Source of the DNA: Methanomassiliicoccales archaeon
GTDB lineage: Archaea > Thermoplasmatota > Thermoplasmata > RBG-16-68-12 > SOIM01
Reading direction: 5' to 3'
NCBI GenBank assembly: GCA_004377185.1
Contig: SOIM01000058.1
Span: 67,828-131,827 of the forward strand
DNA: 64,000 nucleotides
Shown: positions 17,717-25,893 of the stretch, in pieces
Layout: each line of letters starts with the position of its first letter
Numbering within the stretch: position 1 is the first letter of the stretch
Made by a program: the position numbers and the translations under genes
The notes under the pieces: generated by a model
What the model was told of the DNA's origin: nothing
Database searches by the model: none
What the model saw: the letters and a program-made list of their open reading frames with translations, nothing else

Positions 17717-18670
17717 ATGGGAAGTTTCGAACCAAAACCAGCTGAAGAATTCGACTTCAAGGACATAATCTACGAGAAGAAGGACTATGTGGCAAAGGTC
17801 ACGATAAACCGGCCCCAGGTGTACAACGCCTACAGTATTCTGGCACTGAGAGAGATGGCCGAGGCCTTCAAAGACGCTTCCTGGGACGATTCGGTCGCGG
17901 TCCTGGTTCTGACGGGAGCTGGGGACAAGGCATTCTGTACAGGGGGGGACGTCAAGGAATACGCAGACAACTATACTGTTAAACCGAGGGACTTCTGGAA
18001 ATGGATGGGCGACTACACTCTGGCACATGACATGCTGAGGAACTGTGGGATACCCACAATCGCAAGGGTGAACGGGATTGTTGCAGGGGGAGGGAACGAA
18101 TTCCACATGTCCTGCGATCTTTCCATTGCCGCAGAGCACGCGGAGATACTCCAGGTCGGGACCAAGGTTGGATCAGTAGCGGCTGGAGGAGCCACTCAGT
18201 TCCTTCCAATAATGGTTGGAGACCGAAGGGCGAGAGAGATTCTCTACCTTTGCGAGAAAATCCCGGCGAAGAAAGCGCTCGAGTGGGGACTGGTGAACGA
18301 GGTTGTTCCGTACGAAGAACTGGATGCTGCGGTTGACAGGATGTGTAAGAAGCTCATAGACAAGTTCCCGGAGTGCATGAGATACACCAAACAGCAGGTC
18401 AATTTCTGGAAGGATCTGGCCTGGCACTCGACGATAGGACATGCAAGGGATTGGCTGTCCATACATTTCGCAAGCTACGAGCCCTGGGAAGGGATGAAAT
18501 CCTTCGTGGAGAAGAGAGAGACCGGATACCGCAAGTTGAGGGACCTGGCAGCTCAAGGCAAATCATCGGAGTTCGTTTGGGGACCGTACACAAAAGAATG
18601 TGGCAAGTGTGGTGCCAAGGGCATTCCCGAGGAGTTCGGGTACTGCGGCAAGTGCGGGGAGAAACTCTGA
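17717..18670 (+). CDS. Enoyl-CoA hydratase/isomerase (crotonase) superfamily enzyme of the MenB/BadI type with a C-terminal CxxC...CxxC zinc-ribbon extension
   Basis: AFCTGGDVKEY, IARVNGIVAGGGNE and FVEKRE crotonase motifs. C-terminus ECGKCGAKGIPEEFGYCGKCGEKL. GGGAGGAGTG SD. Confidence 0.85.
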   Translation: MGSFEPKPAEEFDFKDIIYEKKDYVAKVTINRPQVYNAYSILALREMAEAFKDASWDDSVAVLVLTGAGDKAFCTGGDVKEYADNYTVKPRDFWKWMGDYTLAHDMLRNCGIPTIARVNGIVAGGGNEFHMSCDLSIAAEHAEILQVGTKVGSVAAGGATQFLPIMVGDRRAREILYLCEKIPAKKALEWGLVNEVVPYEELDAAVDRMCKKLIDKFPECMRYTKQQVNFWKDLAWHSTIGHARDWLSIHFASYEPWEGMKSFVEKRETGYRKLRDLAAQGKSSEFVWGPYTKECGKCGAKGIPEEFGYCGKCGEKL

Positions 18671-18671
18671 C

Positions 18672-19913
18672 TCATTCCTTTTTTCTCTTTCTCAGACCCA
18701 AGCGATTCGCCTTCTTGTAAACGAGGAGAATGCCCACTCCCAACAGAATGACAGCGAATACTATGAGGATGGTCAATTCGGGCAATATCTCGCCCAGCCC
18801 CCATCCTCTTATCATCACGGACCTCAAAGAACTGGCCAAATAGGTGAGGGGGATGACAGAGGATATCGGTCTGACAACCTCAGGCATGGATTCGATGGGC
18901 CACAAGATCCCTGCCAACATTATCGAAGGAACGATTACGAGTGGCACGAATTGAATCGCCTGGAACTCGTTCTTCGCCAGAGTGGAGAGCAGTATCCCAA
19001 GACCCAGTATGCCTATTGCATAAAGGACTATCAAGGCCAGGGCGAGAAGGATGCTCCCAACGAACGTGATATTGAACAGGAGGCTGGCTACTAGCAGCAG
19101 CTCAACTGACTGAAAGAGCGCAATGACGCTAAAGGTGACAGTGTAGCCAAGAACGATGTCACTTGGTTTTATCGGCGAGACGAAGAGTCTGTCAAGCGTG
19201 CCGTTCGTTCTTTCCCTCACAAACGAGACGATTGTGAGTATGACTGTAATCATGGTGACAACCAGGCCTATTATGCCAGGGGCGAAGAAATCTATGAACC
19301 GTACATTCTCCCCGTAAACGAAGTCTTTCGTGATGAAGGAAGTGAAGGATATGTTTGGGCTCCGCTCTTCAATGGTTTGGGTGAAGGCAAAGCCAACTTC
19401 GGCGATCACCTTGGCCGCAACCTGAGTATTGCTTCCGTCCACGTACAAGGTTATGTTCGAGTCCTCGACCGGGACCGCATTGAAACTGACATCAGCATCA
19501 AGGAACTCTGATACATTCCCCAGAACGCTAGCCCAGTTCAGAATACCTTGAGTGAAATGAGGAGGGAAATAGATGACAGCCCAGGCCTTTCCGTCCTTGA
19601 CTTCGTTCAACGAAACGTTCAAGTCGTCCTTATAAACAAGATTGAAGGTCTTCGGGTCGAGATTCTCGATGAAAAGATCGGACACAGTCACAGTCTGAGT
19701 GTAACTGGACCCGTCAATGTGGAAAGTCACTTCCGCACCTTGATCCGCGTTTACCAATATCGTTCGGATGTTCTCAGGTTCTCCAGCGAAGGTAAAACCA
19801 AAGAGAAGAATGAAGATGATCGGCATCATCACTATCATTCCAAGTGTCCTTTTGTCGTGACTTATCTGCCTGAAGTTGTTCCTTGCGACAGCAAGGATAG
19901 CGCGTGCACCCAC
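18672..19913 (-). CDS. ABC-2 type transporter permease with a large extracytoplasmic loop
   Basis: GTG start at 19913 overlapping the ATPase TAG stop (TAGTG). N-terminal TM, about 200-aa loop, C-terminal multi-TM bundle. Confidence 0.8.
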   Translation of the reverse strand: MGARAILAVARNNFRQISHDKRTLGMIVMMPIIFILLFGFTFAGEPENIRTILVNADQGAEVTFHIDGSSYTQTVTVSDLFIENLDPKTFNLVYKDDLNVSLNEVKDGKAWAVIYFPPHFTQGILNWASVLGNVSEFLDADVSFNAVPVEDSNITLYVDGSNTQVAAKVIAEVGFAFTQTIEERSPNISFTSFITKDFVYGENVRFIDFFAPGIIGLVVTMITVILTIVSFVRERTNGTLDRLFVSPIKPSDIVLGYTVTFSVIALFQSVELLLVASLLFNITFVGSILLALALIVLYAIGILGLGILLSTLAKNEFQAIQFVPLVIVPSIMLAGILWPIESMPEVVRPISSVIPLTYLASSLRSVMIRGWGLGEILPELTILIVFAVILLGVGILLVYKKANRLGLRKRKKE

Positions 19914-20635
19914 TAGCCTATCCTCCTGACGTAGTGAAGAAATGCGTCCTCCAATGACTGGGTGTTCGTCTTCTCCTTCAACTGATCTGGCGTTCCGACC
20001 GCCACGAGTTTGCCTTCCCTTATCATTCCCACCCGGTCGCATCTACTTGCTTCATCCATGTAGTGGGTTGTGAGCAGTACCGTCACACCGTCCTCCGTCA
20101 GATCACGGAAATACTCCCAGAACGATGTTCGAAGCTCGGGGTCCACACCGACTGTCGGTTCGTCCAGGAAAAGGAGCTCAGGTTTGTGAATCAGACTTAC
20201 AGCCAATGACAGCCTGTGCCTCATACCCCCGCTTAGATTGGAGACCATCTCTTTCCGTTTGGCCTTCATGTCTACGAAAGCTAGCAACTCTTCTTCTCTC
20301 TTCTCCATCTCCTTCTTTCCCAGCCCGTAAATCTCCCCGAAGAAGCTTATCGTCTGACTTACAGTCAGGTCTGGATAGAGAGCAACTTCCTGGGGCATGT
20401 AGCCGATTCTCGGGAAAATGCTGGGATCAGGGATCCTGCACCCGAGCACGTATGATTCGCCAGACGTTGGCCGGAGCAACCCAGAGAGAATCTTGATAGT
20501 GGTTGTCTTGCCCGAGCCATTGGGTCCTATGAAGCCGTAGATCTCCCCCTTCTGGATCTGGAGGTTCAATCTATCCACAGCTCTCAGTTCCCCGAACTTC
20601 TTGACCAGGTCTTTGGTGACTACCACTTGCTTCAT
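19913..20635 (-). CDS. ABC transporter ATP-binding protein
   Basis: Walker A GPNGSGKTT, signature LSGGMRHRL, Walker B LLFLDEP. Confidence 0.9.
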   Translation of the reverse strand: MKQVVVTKDLVKKFGELRAVDRLNLQIQKGEIYGFIGPNGSGKTTTIKILSGLLRPTSGESYVLGCRIPDPSIFPRIGYMPQEVALYPDLTVSQTISFFGEIYGLGKKEMEKREEELLAFVDMKAKRKEMVSNLSGGMRHRLSLAVSLIHKPELLFLDEPTVGVDPELRTSFWEYFRDLTEDGVTVLLTTHYMDEASRCDRVGMIREGKLVAVGTPDQLKEKTNTQSLEDAFLHYVRRIG

Positions 20636-20667
20636 TTCAATCCTCTGCTATCCTAAAGGAAGTCCAA

Positions 20668-21792
20668 CTAATCAGCAGACGGAAAGGATGATATCAATCT
20701 TTGCGCTTTCTCAAGGACCTTCTTCGTCTCCGAAATAACGACTGGATCCTCGGTTTGAAAGATGGTGGGATCATCGAAGAGTTCCTCTCCGGGGTCCTCT
20801 CTTGCAAGGTCCCTGAACAGGTTCTTCCAATTCTCCGAAAGGTATATGGGTGGATTGGCCTCGATCATCCTGCAGAACAGTATGGTCCATATTCTTGAGA
20901 CGGCCTTTGAGGAGTAGCCTCCTCCGCCCAGGCATACCCACTTGCCATCACACACCTCATGGGCGACCTCGTGAAATGTCTTTGCAGCTTCGTCATATGA
21001 TTTCGTGGTCAGATTGATGTGGCTGAGAGGGTCGTCATAATGCATGTCCACCCCGAACTGAGTGATCAGGATCTCGGGTTTGTATTTCCTGGCCAACTCT
21101 GGGAACGTTCCCCCAAAGATTCTCAAGAAGGTCTCGTCATGGCTATTCGGCCAGACGGGGAGATTGAACGTGTAACCTTTCCCCTTGTCCTCGCCTATCT
21201 CATCCACTGAACCGGTACCAGGATATAGGAACTTCCCGCTCTCGTGTATCGAGAAGTTGAGGACGCCAGGGTCGTCACAGAGAGCTACTTGTACGCCGTC
21301 CGCGTGGTGTGCATCAATGTCAGCATACATGATTCTCTTCAACGAGTACTCCTTCTGAAGGTGCCTGACCGCGATGACCACATCATTATAGATGCAGAAG
21401 CCGGAAGCCCTTCTTCTCAAAGCGTGATGGAAACCTCCGCCCGGGGAGAACACATGTTGGGCCTCGCCATTCAGGACCATGTCGCAGGCCTTGAGGGTAG
21501 CACCAGTGTGCAGAGCCGATGCCTCATGCATTCCTTCGAAGACGGGGTTGTCCCCCAGCCCAAAACCAAAGCGAAAGGAATCGAAATGATGTATACCAGA
21601 TCCAAGGTCCTTGACAACGCTCACATAGTCCTCATCGTGCGCGAGAAGCAACACCTCGTCATCCACGATATTGGGATTCACCAGCTTTACGTTCGAGCGA
21701 TCGAGCAGACCGATGTCCTTGATCAATTCAAAGGCAAGCTTCATTCTAACTTGGCTGAGAGGATGAAAATCGCCAAAATCATATTTCAACAA
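20668..21792 (-). CDS. Histone deacetylase/acetoin-utilisation AcuC-family amidohydrolase
   Basis: HDAC-fold motifs GGGFHHA, DIDAHHADG, GGGGY. The track start is TTG. The conserved N-terminus appears to extend upstream (DYAIIYSDG) to an in-frame TGA with no canonical start in between. Confidence 0.8.
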   Translation of the reverse strand: MLKYDFGDFHPLSQVRMKLAFELIKDIGLLDRSNVKLVNPNIVDDEVLLLAHDEDYVSVVKDLGSGIHHFDSFRFGFGLGDNPVFEGMHEASALHTGATLKACDMVLNGEAQHVFSPGGGFHHALRRRASGFCIYNDVVIAVRHLQKEYSLKRIMYADIDAHHADGVQVALCDDPGVLNFSIHESGKFLYPGTGSVDEIGEDKGKGYTFNLPVWPNSHDETFLRIFGGTFPELARKYKPEILITQFGVDMHYDDPLSHINLTTKSYDEAAKTFHEVAHEVCDGKWVCLGGGGYSSKAVSRIWTILFCRMIEANPPIYLSENWKNLFRDLAREDPGEELFDDPTIFQTEDPVVISETKKVLEKAQRLISSFPSAD

Positions 21793-21854
21793 ACCGTCAG
21801 AGTAGATGATAGCGTAGTCTGCCAGTCCTCACACCTCTCGGGTTCTGCTGGGTA

Positions 21855-22286
21855 CTACAAACGGATTGCGTATATAACTCTGTCACCCTCCAATTCTTTC
21901 AAAACGACGCTCACGTCCTGACCTACGCTGATGTCCTCTTCCTTCGCCTCGTCCAGCCATCCGAGAAGTCTTCCTCCGCCCTCCAGTTCAACCATGCAAA
22001 TCGTGTAGGGCACAACATCCTCGAAACCGGTTGGCCCGACATGTATTGTGGTGTATGTGACGATCTTACCCTTGGACTCCATGTCCATCCATTCCACGTC
22101 ACTGGACATGCACTGATCACAATCGGCCCTGGGAGGAAAATGAAGCGCACCACAGCTCTTGCACTTGGTCCCTGCCAACTTCCCCTTCTCCAAATAATCC
22201 AGGTATTCCTTCGTTTTTGTTGCGGTAACAAAGCTAACCTTACCCAACTCCAGTGTCATCTCATCACCTCGAATATATGTTGACAA
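21855..22286 (-). CDS. DUF35 Zn-ribbon/OB-fold protein (thiolase partner)
   Basis: CKSCGALHFPPRADCDQC rubredoxin-like knuckle plus OB fold. Directly downstream of, and overlapping, the thiolase gene as in archaeal thiolase-DUF35 pairs. Start could be M1 or M10. Confidence 0.75.
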   Translation of the reverse strand: MSTYIRGDEMTLELGKVSFVTATKTKEYLDYLEKGKLAGTKCKSCGALHFPPRADCDQCMSSDVEWMDMESKGKIVTYTTIHVGPTGFEDVVPYTICMVELEGGGRLLGWLDEAKEEDISVGQDVSVVLKELEGDRVIYAIRL

Positions 22287-23421
22287 AGCAATATTGGCCG
22301 ATCCCTCCGACGTTGTGAGTCAGAACCAATTCAGCCCCGTCCACTTGCCTCTTTCCAGCCTCCCCTCGGAGCTGCTTCACAGCTTCCACTGTCATGGAAG
22401 CACCCGTCGCGCCCACCGGATGACCTTTTGCCTTCAATCCTCCATCCACATTAACTGGCATCTTTCCGTCCCTGTAGGTTTGGCCCTCATCAATGAGCTT
22501 GGATCCTTCTCCCTTCTTCGCGAGCCCGATGTCCTCGTATGCGATTATCTCTGCAATGGTGAAGCAATCATGAACCTCAGCCAGATGCAAGTCCTTTGGT
22601 TCAACCTTGGCCTGTTCGTACGCTTGCTTGGATGCTTCCACTGCACTGGGAATCGAATTCAACTCCTTTCTCCTCAGGACGGACATTGAAGCTGAAGCCG
22701 CACCCATCCCTTTCAGCCAGATCGGAGTATCGCTGATGCTCTTTGCCTTGCTTTCCTCGGCAACAATCACACAAGCGGCCCCGTCCGCGTTCCCACAGCA
22801 GTCGTACAGCTTGAGCGGTGAAGCCACCGGTCTTGACCCAAGTGCTTTCTCCAGCGTTATCTCCTTCTGGAACATTGCGTTCGGGTTGTGCAATCCATGA
22901 GCATGGTTCTTGACCGCCACCTTTGCCATCTGTTCTTCCGTGGTTCCGAAATCGTGCATGTGCCTCCTGGCGTACATCGCGTAGTAGCCCGGGAAAGTGG
23001 TCCCAAAAACGGATTCCCACTGGACGTCTCCCACTCTTCCCATAAGCGCCAGGATCTCGGGTGTCGTCAGTTCCGTCATCTTTTGGGCGCCGACAACAGC
23101 CATGATATCATAGATTCCAGCCTTGATGTATGCAACCGCATTGTGCAGGGCGGCGCTGCTTGAAGCGCAAGCGGCTTCTGTCAGATATGTCATCTGAGGA
23201 TTCATTCCCAGATACTCCGCCACCACACCCGGCAACGACCTCTGCTTGTGGTACTCCGGAGATGATCCTATCACAGTGGCTCCAATATCTTCCTTCGACA
23301 GACCCGAATCGTCAAGTGCTTCCTTGAAAGGTTCGAAAGCGAGCTCTTGGACGGTCGCGTCATCTCTCCTGCCAAACTTGCCATGACCTATTCCTACTAT
23401 TCCAACCTTCACATCAATCAC
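22264..23421 (-). CDS. Thiolase-domain protein (acetyl-CoA C-acyltransferase, archaeal SCP-x type)
   Basis: 385 aa with thiolase active-site context (AACASSSAAL, CCGNADGAA, HNVGGIG). GTG start abutting the SDR stop. Confidence 0.9.
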   Translation of the reverse strand: MIDVKVGIVGIGHGKFGRRDDATVQELAFEPFKEALDDSGLSKEDIGATVIGSSPEYHKQRSLPGVVAEYLGMNPQMTYLTEAACASSSAALHNAVAYIKAGIYDIMAVVGAQKMTELTTPEILALMGRVGDVQWESVFGTTFPGYYAMYARRHMHDFGTTEEQMAKVAVKNHAHGLHNPNAMFQKEITLEKALGSRPVASPLKLYDCCGNADGAACVIVAEESKAKSISDTPIWLKGMGAASASMSVLRRKELNSIPSAVEASKQAYEQAKVEPKDLHLAEVHDCFTIAEIIAYEDIGLAKKGEGSKLIDEGQTYRDGKMPVNVDGGLKAKGHPVGATGASMTVEAVKQLRGEAGKRQVDGAELVLTHNVGGIGQYCFVNIYSR

Positions 23422-24165
23422 CTAAATGTATTGACCACCATCAACCTTGATAACTTCGCCAGTGATGTGCTTCGCCTTTTCGGTGCAGAGGAAAACAACC
23501 GCGTTCGCCACATCCTTTGGCTCTCCTAATCTTCCGAACACGGTCTCCTCTTTCGCTATGTTCAAGAACTTCTCAGGGATCTGCAACATCATATCTGTCG
23601 CAATCATACCGGGTGCAACTGCATTCACGTTCACACTGGACCTGCCCAGTTCCTTCGCCAAGCTCTTGGTTAGGGCTATTATGCCTCCCTTGGAAGCAGA
23701 ATAGTTCGTCTGACCGAACTTCCCCCTCAGACCATTGATGGACGTGATGTTCACGATCTTTCCGTGTCCCTGCTCCTTGAATATTGGAGCGGCAGCTCTG
23801 ACGTAGTTGAAATAGCCCTTGAGGTTGACCTCGATTACGCGGTCCCACTGCTCCTCGGTCATCTTCCATATGACTCCGTCCCAATTGATGCCGGCGTTGC
23901 AGACGAGGATATCCAGTCCTCCGAATTCTTTGACAACCTGGTCCACCATCTTTTGGGCGTCATCGAAAGAAGAAACATCGGCCTGTACGACCAGACCTTT
24001 CCTGCCCAGTTTCTCGACCTCGGCAATGACTTCCCTTGCCTCGGTGTCATGCTTTCTGAAGTTCAACGCTACGTTCGCACCCGCTTCCGCGAGAGCGACT
24101 GCCATCGCGGCCCCTAGTCCCACACTTCCTCCTGTGACGATCGCATTCCTGTTTTCGAGTTCCAT
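23422..24165 (-). CDS. Short-chain dehydrogenase/reductase (3-hydroxyacyl-CoA or 3-oxoacyl reductase type)
   Basis: TGGSVGLG Rossmann motif, NAG, YSASK catalytic tetrad. 247 aa. Confidence 0.9.
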   Translation of the reverse strand: MELENRNAIVTGGSVGLGAAMAVALAEAGANVALNFRKHDTEAREVIAEVEKLGRKGLVVQADVSSFDDAQKMVDQVVKEFGGLDILVCNAGINWDGVIWKMTEEQWDRVIEVNLKGYFNYVRAAAPIFKEQGHGKIVNITSINGLRGKFGQTNYSASKGGIIALTKSLAKELGRSSVNVNAVAPGMIATDMMLQIPEKFLNIAKEETVFGRLGEPKDVANAVVFLCTEKAKHITGEVIKVDGGQYI

Positions 24166-24251
24166 TCCTACCCCCTCGACCTAAGAAATTCTTTATAGAC
24201 AATCACTGATAATGCGCTACCTTTATTAAAGATTTTGAGGAGCGGGAAGAA

Positions 24252-25148
24252 GTGGCTCGAAAAGAAAAGGTTATGGAAGCTGGTGATGCGGTCAGTAAGT
24301 TCGTCAAGGACGGATGTTTGCTCGCGGTCGGAGGGATGCACATGCACAACAACGCAATGGCAGTGATAAGGGAGATAGTCAGGCAGAAGAAGAGTATCGG
24401 AAGTCTGACGACCAGTCCCTCGGCCTGTACGAACGCTGACATGCTTATTGGTGCCGGCTTGGTCGGAGAGATATACTGTTCGTACGTGGGATTCGAACAT
24501 CTGGGTTTAGCTCCCAACTTCCGGAAGTCTGCTCAAAGTGGTGATTTGAAAGTGAGAGAGTGTGATGAGGCCTTTTCGGTCTATTCGCTGAGAGGAGGAG
24601 CAAGTTCCCTTCCCTTCCACCCGCTCCCCAAGGGGCTGGAAGCGACCTCAGTGCCGAAACTCAATCCAGATGACTACAAGTTCACAAAGGACCCGTTCAC
24701 GGGCGAGGACGTGATGTGTGTCAGGTCACTGCAACCCGATGTTGCCGTCATTCACTGTCAGAAGGCGGACGCGTACGGGAACGCGATATTCGAGGGGAGC
24801 AAGTTCACCGATTTTGACATGATCAAAGCAAGTGACAAGGTGATAATCCAGGTAGAGGAGGTGGTTCCGACCGAATACATACTGGAAAAGACGCACAAGG
24901 TCAACGTGCCAGGCTTGCTGGTCGATGCGGTCATAAACGTTCCGTTCGGCTGTCACCCCACCGCCTCCCACAGATATTACACCTATGACGAGGACCATTT
25001 GAAGGAGTACCTGAAAGCATGCAAGGAGGACTTCTCGGCCTATCTTGACAAATATGTCTACGGACCGAAGACGAACGAGGATTACCTGGAGGTGATTGGG
25101 GGAAGGGAGAAGGCCACCAAGCTCATGGAGCGTGATATCCCATGGTAG
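24252..25148 (+). CDS. CoA-transferase subunit A (glutaconate CoA-transferase GctA-like, family I)
   Basis: GTG start with GAGGAGCGGG SD (the ATG at 24273 is an alternative). GctA-like fold. Coupled to subunit B. Confidence 0.85.
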   Translation: MARKEKVMEAGDAVSKFVKDGCLLAVGGMHMHNNAMAVIREIVRQKKSIGSLTTSPSACTNADMLIGAGLVGEIYCSYVGFEHLGLAPNFRKSAQSGDLKVRECDEAFSVYSLRGGASSLPFHPLPKGLEATSVPKLNPDDYKFTKDPFTGEDVMCVRSLQPDVAVIHCQKADAYGNAIFEGSKFTDFDMIKASDKVIIQVEEVVPTEYILEKTHKVNVPGLLVDAVINVPFGCHPTASHRYYTYDEDHLKEYLKACKEDFSAYLDKYVYGPKTNEDYLEVIGGREKATKLMERDIPW

Positions 25149-25888
25149 AAATCACGGTCGCAGAGAGAATGGTTGCCGCAATGTCGCATCATCTCAAAGA
25201 CGGGGAAGTGGTCATCATGGGAGCTTTCAGTGCGTTGCCGATGCTCGCAAGTAGGTTGGCGCAGCTCACGCACGCACCAAACGTGTCATTCATTTGCGGT
25301 GGAAGCGGTGCCGTCAATCCCACGCTCGAACCTCTGCCAGAGTCCTCTTGTGACGACAGGCTTCTGAGAGCTGAGTGCATTTATGCGCTACCGGATGTGA
25401 TTGATCTGGAAGCAAGACCTGAGATCGATGTCTTCTTTGCCGGTGGCCTTCAGATAGATGCAAAGGGAAATTGCAATCTTGTTGGGATCGGAAAGCCAGG
25501 AGAGATAAAGTTCAGAGGACCTGGTTCAGTTGGCCTTCCATTCTTGTCCCGCGCGGGCAGGTACATAATCTACACAATGGCACACAATGTAAGGAATTTC
25601 GTTCCTGAAGTGGACTTCATAAGCGGACCTGGGTTCGTGGATAATGAACTGCTCAGCGATGGCCCCTCATTGGTGATCACTCCTCTCTGCGTGATGGACT
25701 TTGAGGACAAGAAAATGAGACTGAAATCGACCCATCCAGGTGTAACGGTCGAAATGGTCAAGGAGAACACTGGTTTTGAGATAATCGTCCCAGAGGACGT
25801 GGGAGAGACGCCTGCTCCAACCGATGAGGAGTTGGAGATTATGAAACGTTTGGATCCCTCAGGAGCTGCAAGAGATTCCATCAGATGA
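25142..25888 (+). CDS. CoA-transferase subunit B (GctB-like)
   Basis: ATG overlaps the subunit A stop (ATGGTAG). GctB-like fold. Confidence 0.85.
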   Translation: MVEITVAERMVAAMSHHLKDGEVVIMGAFSALPMLASRLAQLTHAPNVSFICGGSGAVNPTLEPLPESSCDDRLLRAECIYALPDVIDLEARPEIDVFFAGGLQIDAKGNCNLVGIGKPGEIKFRGPGSVGLPFLSRAGRYIIYTMAHNVRNFVPEVDFISGPGFVDNELLSDGPSLVITPLCVMDFEDKKMRLKSTHPGVTVEMVKENTGFEIIVPEDVGETPAPTDEELEIMKRLDPSGAARDSIR

Positions 25889-25893
25889 AAATA

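Noticed and set aside
18672-20042. Longer 456-aa version of the ABC-2 permease starting at 20042
   Set aside because: That start would overlap the upstream ATPase gene by 130 nt. A GTG at 19913 overlapping the ATPase TAG stop (TAGTG) gives a typical permease N-terminus (…ARAILAVARNNFRQ), so the shorter form is preferred.
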